Shown piece by piece: positions 31,469 through 39,138 of a stretch of DNA of 64,000 nt. A program made the translations under genes and the position numbers. A model generated the notes under the pieces. The model was not told where the DNA came from. It saw nothing but the letters and a program-made list of their open reading frames with translations, and ran no database searches. The first letter of the stretch is position 1, and each line of letters starts with the position of its first letter. Origin of the DNA: an uncultured Gammaproteobacteria bacterium (GTDB lineage Bacteria > Patescibacteriota > Microgenomatia > Levybacterales > UBA12049); assembly GCA_965230895.1 (NCBI GenBank), contig OZ246394.1, positions 1,249,887 to 1,313,886 of the forward strand. Reading direction: 5' to 3'.

Positions 31469-31505
31469 ATTAAGTATTGACTTAATTAAGTGCATGCTTT
31501 ATAAT
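31469..31505 (+). promoter_or_regulatory. Sigma70 promoter overlapped by a palindromic operator (likely ArsR autoregulation)
   Basis: TTGACT (31477), 17 nt, TATAAT (31500); inverted repeat ATTAAGT-attg-ACTTAAT at 31469-31486. Confidence 0.75.
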
Positions 31506-31514
31506 AACTTTATT

Positions 31515-31835
31515 ATGGATATGTATTCAGCGTTAGCTGAACCAACTCGAAGAAATATTTTAGAACTGCTCGCAAATAGCGGACAAATGACTGCAACTGA
31601 AATCAGTAATAAGTTTGATGTTAGTGCTCCTGCAATTTCTCAACATCTAAAAGTTCTCAAAGAGGCAAAGCTTGTTGATATGGAGAAGCGGGCTCAACAA
31701 CGTATCTACACGTTAAACCCCGAACCAATGCTTGAGATGGGCAGTTGGTTAGAGAAATTAGCTAAGGTTTGGGAAGAAAGACACGACAGATTAGAGGCTT
31801 TATTAGAGCGAGAAAAAAGAAAGGGGGTGAAATAA
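31515..31835 (+). CDS. ArsR/SmtB-family transcriptional regulator (start 31515)
   Basis: ALAEPTRRNILELL, SAPAISQHLKVLKEAKLV. Confidence 0.92.
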   Translation: MDMYSALAEPTRRNILELLANSGQMTATEISNKFDVSAPAISQHLKVLKEAKLVDMEKRAQQRIYTLNPEPMLEMGSWLEKLAKVWEERHDRLEALLEREKRKGVK

Positions 31836-31836
31836 T

Positions 31837-32355
31837 ATGGCGCAAAAAATTCAAGTATGTTTATGGTTTGATAAAGAATGCGAAGAAGCTGTCAACTTGT
31901 ATGTAGATACCTTCAATAACCGACCGCATGCAACCGGGAAAACATCCAAGATCGTTAGTATTAAGCGATACCCAGAAGGAATGGAGGAGGAGCATATGAA
32001 GGGAATGGAAGGAAAGGTTTTAACTGCATTCTTCGAACTTGAAGGTCAAACATTCCAGGCACTTGATGGTGGTCCGTTATTTAAGTTTAACGAGGCTCTT
32101 TCACTTTCAGTGGATTGTGAAGATCAGGAAGAAGTTGATTACTTCTGGAATAAGCTTACAGCCAATGGTGGGGAAGAATCACAATGCGGTTGGTTGAAAG
32201 ATAAATTTGGTCTTTCATGGCAAATTGTCCCTAAGCGATTAGGGGAACTGCTCGAAGATCCTGACCGAGAAAAGGCTGATCGAGCTTTGAAAGCTATGTT
32301 ACAAATGCAGAAGCTTGACGTTCAAAAGCTTGAAGATGCTTTTAATGGCAAATAA
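31837..32355 (+). CDS. VOC-family (3-demethylubiquinone-9 3-methyltransferase-like) protein
   Basis: CLWFD, GGPLFKFNEALS, QEEVDYFW, CGWLKDKFGLSWQIVP. Confidence 0.9.
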   Translation: MAQKIQVCLWFDKECEEAVNLYVDTFNNRPHATGKTSKIVSIKRYPEGMEEEHMKGMEGKVLTAFFELEGQTFQALDGGPLFKFNEALSLSVDCEDQEEVDYFWNKLTANGGEESQCGWLKDKFGLSWQIVPKRLGELLEDPDREKADRALKAMLQMQKLDVQKLEDAFNGK

Positions 32356-32395
32356 TCCAAGGGATTAAAACTTAAAAAGAATGGGGGTGAAATAT

Positions 32396-32884
32396 ATGTC
32401 AAAAAATAACTTACAAGTAGATAAGGAAAACAAAGTGACGACAATGGAACGTGTTTTTGATGCTCCACGAGAACTTCTTTGGAAAGCACACGTCGATCCA
32501 GAGTTGATGAAGCAATGGTGGGGACCGAAAGAATATGAAACCATTATTGAAAAACTGGATGTTCGCGAAGGTGGGGAATGGAGAATGATTCACAAAGGAA
32601 AGGATGATCAGGGTAACCCTGCTGAATACGCTTTCTATGGTGAATATAAAGAAATTAAAGAACAAGAATCAATTACATGGACATTTAATTTCGAACCAAT
32701 CGGTCCTGGCCACGAAATAACTGAAACAGTTTATTTTGAAGAAGTTGAAGCTGGAAAAACAAAGCTACGAACAGTTTCTCATTATAAATCTGATGAAGAT
32801 CTTGAAGGAATGGTTCAATCCGGTATGGAGGATGGGGCTGTTGAGTCTTGGGATCGTCTTGAAGAACTTACAACAAAGATGTAA
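32396..32884 (+). CDS. SRPBCC/AHSA1-like domain protein (start 32396)
   Basis: ERVFDAPRELLWKAH, WWGP, DVREGGEWR, GMEDG...SWDRL. Confidence 0.9.
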   Translation: MSKNNLQVDKENKVTTMERVFDAPRELLWKAHVDPELMKQWWGPKEYETIIEKLDVREGGEWRMIHKGKDDQGNPAEYAFYGEYKEIKEQESITWTFNFEPIGPGHEITETVYFEEVEAGKTKLRTVSHYKSDEDLEGMVQSGMEDGAVESWDRLEELTTKM

Positions 32885-32888
32885 TATT

Positions 32889-32925
32889 TATCCCTCTCCC
32901 TTTCGGGGGAGGGATATCTTTGTTT
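32889..32925 (+). terminator. Intrinsic terminator of the ArsR operon
   Basis: TATCCCTCTCCC-tttc-GGGGGAGGGATA followed by TCTTTGTTT. Confidence 0.7.
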
Positions 32926-32941
32926 GGGAAAGGAGGTATAT

Positions 32942-33217
32942 ATGTGTCGCAATATTAAAACACTTTTTAATTTTGACCCACCAGCAACAAAAGAAGAAAT
33001 TGATGCAGCTTCATTGCAGTTCGTGAGAAAGCTTTCGGGATTTAATACGCCATCAAAAGCAAATGAAGAAGCATTTAATCAGGCAATAGGAGAAGTTTCT
33101 GTCATCGCAAGTAAACTCTTGAAAAGTCTAACAACAAATGCTGAACCAAAGAATCGGGAAGAAGAAGCAGAGAAGGCTCACGAGCGTGCGGTAAAAAGAT
33201 TTGGTTTACAAGAATAA
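32942..33217 (+). CDS. DUF2277-family protein (start 32942)
   Basis: MCRNIKTLFNFDPPAT...AASLQFVRKLSGF; SD AAGGAGGT upstream. Confidence 0.88.
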   Translation: MCRNIKTLFNFDPPATKEEIDAASLQFVRKLSGFNTPSKANEEAFNQAIGEVSVIASKLLKSLTTNAEPKNREEEAEKAHERAVKRFGLQE

Positions 33218-33832
33218 TTATCTTTTTCGTCGCCCAAAAAGAAAGATCATAACTCCAATAATCAGTGCAATAACAATGTATTCAACATACTTTGTATATT
33301 GTTGTACTTGCTTCCAATTTTCTCCTAAAGACCAGCCAATACTAATTAAAGCAGTATTCCAGATTGCACTTCCAATACCTGTATAAAGGATAAACTTTTT
33401 TATATCCATCTCTGTGATTCCTGCGGGGACAGAAACAATACTTCGAAGTGTTGGGATGACTCTCCCAAATAAAACAACCTTAGTTCCATACTTCTCAAAC
33501 CACCCCATACTCTTTTTAACATCACTTTTACTTATTCCTAGCCACTTACCATATTTCTCAGATGCAGAGATAACCCTTTTTTCTCCAAGCTTTCTGCTTA
33601 AGTAATAAAGAACGAGTGCTCCTATAATTGAACCTAAAGTAGCAGACAGAATTGCTCCAATATGTGATAATTCACCCTTACTCACTAAAAATCCTGTCAT
33701 TGGAAGGATGAGCTCTGACGGTATCGGTGCAAAAACACTTTCAAGTGCGATAAGCAAAATAATCCCAATATAACCAGTCGATTCAATTACGAAAAGGATA
33801 GTTTCTGTAAAGTTTGAAAGAAATAAATCCAT
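33218..33832 (-). CDS. DedA-family membrane protein
   Basis: ESVFAPIPSELILP, FGRVIPTLRSIVSVPAG. Confidence 0.92.
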   Translation of the reverse strand: MDLFLSNFTETILFVIESTGYIGIILLIALESVFAPIPSELILPMTGFLVSKGELSHIGAILSATLGSIIGALVLYYLSRKLGEKRVISASEKYGKWLGISKSDVKKSMGWFEKYGTKVVLFGRVIPTLRSIVSVPAGITEMDIKKFILYTGIGSAIWNTALISIGWSLGENWKQVQQYTKYVEYIVIALIIGVMIFLFGRRKR

Positions 33833-33916
33833 AGGTTAATTATATAGGAGAAGCGAAATAAACGTTGCAAGAATGATGTAATGCAAAACTTTTTACTGTA
33901 CACTATAAATAAATCT

Positions 33917-35377
33917 ATGGAAATTGTACGTACAGCAATTCTTTATTTTGGTTGGCCTATCCTCATAGCTGGAAGCATATTCCTTTATATTCAAACATAC
34001 CGTTTCTATCGTGATGTCCAGAAAAATGTTTGGGGTAAATTAGTCTTAGCAATGGTAGCGGGCTGGCTCATTACAATGTACAGTCTGGGTATTGTTTCTA
34101 CGGCATTTATGCTTGCAAATCTTCATGAAGGTGTCATTTTTGTTTTGCCTATATTTGGATTATGGTTTTTGACTATGATTCTTGTGGTAAGGACTGTACT
34201 TATTTGGAATAGGGAAGCGGTAAATCTTAACAAGTTCAATTCTCAATTAAAAACCCTTGTTGAAGAGCGGACGAAGGAATTAGAAGATGAAAAAAGTATT
34301 CTTGAGGGAGAACGCCAAAAGCTAGGCTTGGTTATTGCTGGTATTAAAGATGGTGTCTTGGCTGTAGATTTAAATAAAAATATTGTGATGGGTAATGATG
34401 CAATTGCTCAAATGTCTGGATACTATGTTGCGGAATTAATCGGCAAGCCACTTTTCGAAGTTTTTAAATTATTTGAGAAAAATGAACCGATAAATCAGGA
34501 TGAAATATTACCACCTTTTAAAAAAGGTTATGAAGGCTTACTCTCTCATAAAACACAAATTGCATTATTAGGAAATAATACGGAACGATTTGTTGAGATT
34601 ACGGTAAGTCAAATTCGTGAAGGGATGCTTTTAAATGTAGGTTACATCATTTTATTTCATGATATAACCGAACAAGTGAATTTGGATAAAATGAAGCTTG
34701 ATTTTGTTTCAATGGCTGCGCATGAACTTCGGACGCCACTGACTTCCATTAACTCATATCTATCCGTATTAAATGATAAAAAGATCTCTTTGACACAAGA
34801 TGAACAAGCTACCTATCTCCAAAGAATAAGTGCTGCCAGTAATAACTTACGTGATCATGTTGAGAATCTGCTTAATATAACAAAAATTGAACGGAAGGCA
34901 ATGCGATTGAGTCCGAAATCTCTCAATTGGGTTGAATCGGTAAAAGGATTTATTACATCATTATTGGATACTGCAAAACAAAAAGATATTACGATTAATG
35001 TTCAGGAACCACAATCTTTTATCCCAAATGTTTATGCAGATCCTTTACTGACAGAAGAGATTATTAGTAACCTTGTCCAGAATGCCATTAACTTTTCCCC
35101 AGCAGGTTCTTCAGTTGATATAACATTTGAAGAAAAGGATGGATTTGTTATTACGCATATTACTGATACTGGGGAAGGAATTCCTCATGATGCTATACCG
35201 CATCTTTTTACCAAATTTTTCCGTGTTGAGGGGACTTTGGAGCAGGGGAGTAAAGGAACAGGTTTGGGGTTATATATTTCCAAATCAATTGTTGAAATGC
35301 ATAAAGGTAAGATTTGGGTAGAATCAGAAGAGAAGAAGGGCTCGACGTTCTCATTTTCATTGCCAGTATTTAAATAA
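33917..35377 (+). CDS. Membrane-bound PAS sensor histidine kinase (orphan; start 33917)
   Basis: Three TM helices, coiled coil, PAS, AAHELRTPL, NLVQNAINFS, DTGEGI, GTGLGLYI. Confidence 0.92.
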   Translation: MEIVRTAILYFGWPILIAGSIFLYIQTYRFYRDVQKNVWGKLVLAMVAGWLITMYSLGIVSTAFMLANLHEGVIFVLPIFGLWFLTMILVVRTVLIWNREAVNLNKFNSQLKTLVEERTKELEDEKSILEGERQKLGLVIAGIKDGVLAVDLNKNIVMGNDAIAQMSGYYVAELIGKPLFEVFKLFEKNEPINQDEILPPFKKGYEGLLSHKTQIALLGNNTERFVEITVSQIREGMLLNVGYIILFHDITEQVNLDKMKLDFVSMAAHELRTPLTSINSYLSVLNDKKISLTQDEQATYLQRISAASNNLRDHVENLLNITKIERKAMRLSPKSLNWVESVKGFITSLLDTAKQKDITINVQEPQSFIPNVYADPLLTEEIISNLVQNAINFSPAGSSVDITFEEKDGFVITHITDTGEGIPHDAIPHLFTKFFRVEGTLEQGSKGTGLGLYISKSIVEMHKGKIWVESEEKKGSTFSFSLPVFK

Positions 35378-35421
35378 GACAGTTTGCTATAATTAATTTG
35401 TTCAGCCGTTCCTGGTTGTTT

Positions 35422-36948
35422 ATGAAAAGCTCTACAGCATCACATAGTAAGCTTGAGCAGTACTTCCAAAAGTATCGAGATAATATCGTTGGTGTAAATC
35501 ATCCCTTCAAAAGCCCCTATGGCGAACAAAAAATTCGTTATTTTGATTGGACCGCAAGTGGTCGTTTGTACTCTCCAATTGAAGAAAAGATGCAAATTAT
35601 CTTTGGTCCATTTGTCGCAAATACTCATACAGAAACAACAGAAACTGGAACTGCCATGACGCTCGCGTATCATGTTGCGATGGAGACTATTAAGAAGCAT
35701 GTTCATGCAGATGATAATGATATTCTTATCATGACTGGAACTGGTATGACCGGTGCCATTAGTAAACTGCAACGAATTCTCGGCTTAAAGTTTAGTGATC
35801 AATTAAAAAGACATGCAGCTTTGATGAAAAATTATCCCATGCAAGTTTTTCTTGCAGAAGAGGAAATACCCGTTGTCTTCATAACACATATGGAACATCA
35901 TTCAAATCAAACTTCTTGGGTCGAATCCGATGCTGAAGTTGTGGTTGTACCATCAAATAAAGATGGGGAAGTTGATATCGAAAAATTAGAAGAGTTGTTG
36001 CAACAATACAAGCATAGAAAAATAAAAATCGGTTCATTTACAGCATGTTCCAATGTTACTGGTATCCTGACACCATATCATCAATTGGCTAAAACGATGC
36101 ATAAATATGATGGACTGTGTTTTGTTGATTTCGCAGCATGTGCACCTTATATAGACATAGATATGCATCCCAAAGATTCTGCTGAAAAGCTTGATGCAAT
36201 CTTCTTCTCACCCCATAAATTTCTTGGAGGTCCTGGAACATCTGGTGTTCTGATTTTTAATAAGAAGTTATATCCATCAGATATGCCACCTGATCATCCC
36301 GGTGGAGGAACAGTTGCTTGGACAAATCCTTGGGGGGAACAAAGGTATCATGCCAATCCTGAAGCACGAGAAGATGGAGGAACACCAGGCTTTCTCCAAA
36401 CAATTCGTACGGCATTAGCGATTCAATTAAAAGAACAAATGGGTGTGAAGAATATTCTTGAAAGGGAAGAAGAACTTTTACCAATCTTGTTAAAAGGTTT
36501 GCGAGAGATTGATGGAATCCATGTTCTTGATGATAAAGGAAAGAAGCGATTGGGAATCGTTTCTTTTTATAGTGAAACCATCCACTACAATTTGATTGTG
36601 AAACTGTTAAACGATCGTTTTGGTATGCAAACGAGGGGAGGGTGTTCTTGTGCTGGAACATATGGACATTGTTTATTTGATATTGGACGAGAGCAATCAA
36701 AAGTTATTACGGATAGAATCGATAAAGGCGACCAGTCCACAAAACCAGGATGGGTGAGAGTTTCACTCCATCCAACTCTACAGACTGCCGAAGTTGTAGA
36801 TTTTATACAGGCGATGGAGGAGATATCCAGCCATATAAAAGATTGGGAAAAAGATTACACATATGATACATCATCAAATGAATTTATCCATATAAACGAA
36901 AGCCAAAAAGAAAAGAAAAAGAGAATAAAAGAATGGTTTGAATTATAA
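35422..36948 (+). CDS. Class V PLP aminotransferase (cysteine desulfurase/selenocysteine lyase-like; start 35422)
   Basis: DWTASGR, EHHSN, SNVTG, SPHKFLGGPG, GGTP, RGGCSCAG. Confidence 0.9.
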   Translation: MKSSTASHSKLEQYFQKYRDNIVGVNHPFKSPYGEQKIRYFDWTASGRLYSPIEEKMQIIFGPFVANTHTETTETGTAMTLAYHVAMETIKKHVHADDNDILIMTGTGMTGAISKLQRILGLKFSDQLKRHAALMKNYPMQVFLAEEEIPVVFITHMEHHSNQTSWVESDAEVVVVPSNKDGEVDIEKLEELLQQYKHRKIKIGSFTACSNVTGILTPYHQLAKTMHKYDGLCFVDFAACAPYIDIDMHPKDSAEKLDAIFFSPHKFLGGPGTSGVLIFNKKLYPSDMPPDHPGGGTVAWTNPWGEQRYHANPEAREDGGTPGFLQTIRTALAIQLKEQMGVKNILEREEELLPILLKGLREIDGIHVLDDKGKKRLGIVSFYSETIHYNLIVKLLNDRFGMQTRGGCSCAGTYGHCLFDIGREQSKVITDRIDKGDQSTKPGWVRVSLHPTLQTAEVVDFIQAMEEISSHIKDWEKDYTYDTSSNEFIHINESQKEKKKRIKEWFEL

Positions 36949-37506
36949 TTATTTTTCAAACATTACCGGGATGACAAGTGGGCCTAATTCTCCTCGAGAG
37001 AAGTCAGGATTAGTTCTTTCAATTACTAGCTTTCCTGCTGATGTTGTTGCTTCTGCTTTGGTAAATACAACTGCTCCTGTGAAAGGAACAAAACTATCTG
37101 TCTTTGTACTTTCGAGTGCTTTAAATGGTTTTAAGAAAAGAATCTTTCCTTTATCATCTTCCAAACGAACCATTAATTGATCTGCATAATACCATCCTCC
37201 GACAGCTTCTCCCGTAACTCTGAATGGACTTGTAACGAGTGTATTTGGCTTTGGCTCAGTTGTTTTAATAACTTCTTTAAGAAGTACGCCATTATATACT
37301 TCTACAAATACTTGCTTCCCTTTTGTGTAACATTCTCGAGGCTTTGACTCGACTACAAGATTGCCTGCTTCGGCACACTCTTCAAATGTTTTTATTTCTG
37401 TAGCAGCTTTGGGTTTGAGATTACCAAGGAGATTCGGGAAGAAAAAGAAGACGCCGACAGCAGCGAGGAGAAGGGTAACAACGAGGGCGATAATTGCGTA
37501 TTTCAT
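36949..37506 (-). CDS. Membrane-anchored protein with Cys-pair module and Gmad2-like Ig domain
   Basis: N-terminal TM helix; FEECAEAGNLVVESKPREC; SPFRVTGEAVGGWY...FVPF...GKLVIERTNP. Confidence 0.7.
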   Translation of the reverse strand: MKYAIIALVVTLLLAAVGVFFFFPNLLGNLKPKAATEIKTFEECAEAGNLVVESKPRECYTKGKQVFVEVYNGVLLKEVIKTTEPKPNTLVTSPFRVTGEAVGGWYYADQLMVRLEDDKGKILFLKPFKALESTKTDSFVPFTGAVVFTKAEATTSAGKLVIERTNPDFSRGELGPLVIPVMFEK

Positions 37507-37557
37507 GGCAGTATACAATTATTATAATATAGTTGCCGAAAAATCAATATAGGCGAA

Positions 37558-38295
37558 TCATTTCGCTGGCTGCAGAATTAATTGATCACCGACAATTCCT
37601 ACAATATGATTTCTTTGTTTCGGAAATAATAGGGTGCGTCCAGTTTCGCGAATATACTTCCTAAGTGTCTTAATATTTGGAAGTGTTGATTCATTATATA
37701 TAGCTGGGTCTGCATCCATATTTCCAAACAATTTGTAGATGTCGTTATCTTTAATAGTCTTTGGATATACGGAAAGTTTTGGAAGGAGTTTCCCATATCT
37801 GATTGGGGCACGTTTTGTTTCTTTAGATTGTTGCTCGCTAAATGTATTCCATTTCTTAAACTCTTTTTCAGAAAGATGCATTGTCCCTGTACAGAATTCA
37901 CTGTCACAGATACATGTATGTGTACATGGCGTACAAAAATCTGATGAACTTAATTGGTATGAAATTGTTAATTCTTCTCCTTGAAAGATTTTTCTAAGCG
38001 CAAAAAATAGTGTATGACCTTTATATGTGTAAATCCAACTATTTGGAGTGCATGAATGGTTCACCATATGCGCTCCTGGTTTTCTTAGATTTTCGGGGTA
38101 GAGTGCTGCATAATCGTGATAATAAAGGAGGTATAAACCATCTTTTTCACTTGTATCTTCTTCAGCTATTTTTATTACCTTACCTATATAATCCGCAATA
38201 ACTGTTCCTGGCTTGATTTCTTTCTTTGCAAAAATACCACGCCCTTTTTTCGGAGTCTCTTTAATTTCCCAATACGAACTATCTAGAAGAATCAT
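37558..38295 (-). CDS. SET-domain protein with post-SET Cys motif
   Basis: KGRGIFAKKEIKPG, NHSCTPN, ALRKIFQGEELTISY, CICDSEFCTG. Confidence 0.9.
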   Translation of the reverse strand: MILLDSSYWEIKETPKKGRGIFAKKEIKPGTVIADYIGKVIKIAEEDTSEKDGLYLLYYHDYAALYPENLRKPGAHMVNHSCTPNSWIYTYKGHTLFFALRKIFQGEELTISYQLSSSDFCTPCTHTCICDSEFCTGTMHLSEKEFKKWNTFSEQQSKETKRAPIRYGKLLPKLSVYPKTIKDNDIYKLFGNMDADPAIYNESTLPNIKTLRKYIRETGRTLLFPKQRNHIVGIVGDQLILQPAK

Positions 38296-38353
38296 GGAGG
38301 CAATTGTACCCTAGTAATTGCGATCGTGGCAAGTGGAACGTATACTGTTATAT

Positions 38354-38467
38354 ATGAAGAAGCGGTTACTGATAAAAGATAAAAAATTGCGAGATAAAGT
38401 TAAAGAGGGTAGGGAAGGCGCAAAAAAAGACTTTTTTGAGTTATTAAAGCGCGCTGTAAAGCGCTAG
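38354..38467 (+). CDS. Unannotated basic 37-aa protein
   Basis: MKKRLLIKDKKLRDKVKEGREGAKKDFFELLKRAVKR*; TATACT 7 nt before the ATG. Confidence 0.55.
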   Translation: MKKRLLIKDKKLRDKVKEGREGAKKDFFELLKRAVKR

Positions 38468-38496
38468 AACACCCTTTAATTATTTCAGACGATGTA

Positions 38497-39020
38497 TTAA
38501 TCATCTTTCTGGACTTCATCATATTCGATCTTGTAAAAGAACTTCCACATACTGAGACCAGACTTCTTTTGTTCTTTGTCGTCAAGGCTTAGCAGATCCC
38601 CATTGTTCATTTCCATTAATTCATAAATACTCCTACACATTCTCCATGCTGTTTTGTAGGTTACTCCTAACTCTTTTTGAACTTGTTTAATAGATATTTC
38701 TCCACGTGTCTGTGTCATAAAAAAAATTGCGAAGAACCATAATCGAAGTGGGGTAGATGACCTTTCAAAAATCGTTCCTCCAAGTGGGTATATATGGTTA
38801 CGGCAGTCTTTACATGCATAGGAAGTCCGATTTTTTATCTTGTAGTGTTTTGTAATTTGCTTACAGCCTTTGCAGTATACTCCTTTTGGGTACTGTAGTT
38901 TTTTGATTTCTTCCAGACATGCCTCGTCATCTGGAAAACTTTGTAGAAAGTCGTGAAAAGAAAATTCTCCTCCCATAAAATAATGATAATGAAGCTAATT
39001 CCGTGTTGTCAAGGGATAGG
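38497..39020 (-). mobile_element. IS1595-family transposase N-terminal remnant (Zn ribbon + HTH, no DDE domain); CDS 38976-38497
   Basis: FPDDEACLEEI, CKGC...YACKDC, GTIFERSSTPLRLWF, ELGVTYKTAWRM; no E-x-DE catalytic segment; no partner inverted repeat found. Confidence 0.78.
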
Positions 39021-39027
39021 GGGTGAT

Positions 39028-39065
39028 ATTGCCTATTGACGACTCATCAGGCAATTGTCTATGAT
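39028..39065 (+). promoter_or_regulatory. Promoter of the ligase/TPR gene with an inverted repeat flanking the -35
   Basis: TTGACG (39036), 18 nt, TATGAT (39060); ATTGCCT (39028)/AGGCAAT (39049). Confidence 0.5.
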
Positions 39066-39138
39066 GGATTTAATCTAATAAAACTATTAAGCGAATGAGA
39101 ATTTAAGTTATAAGTGCTTTCGCTATAGTGAGGTTAAT

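Noticed and set aside
30573-39020. Integrative element at tRNA-Asn
   Set aside because: No integrase and no duplicated tRNA 3' end detected by eye.
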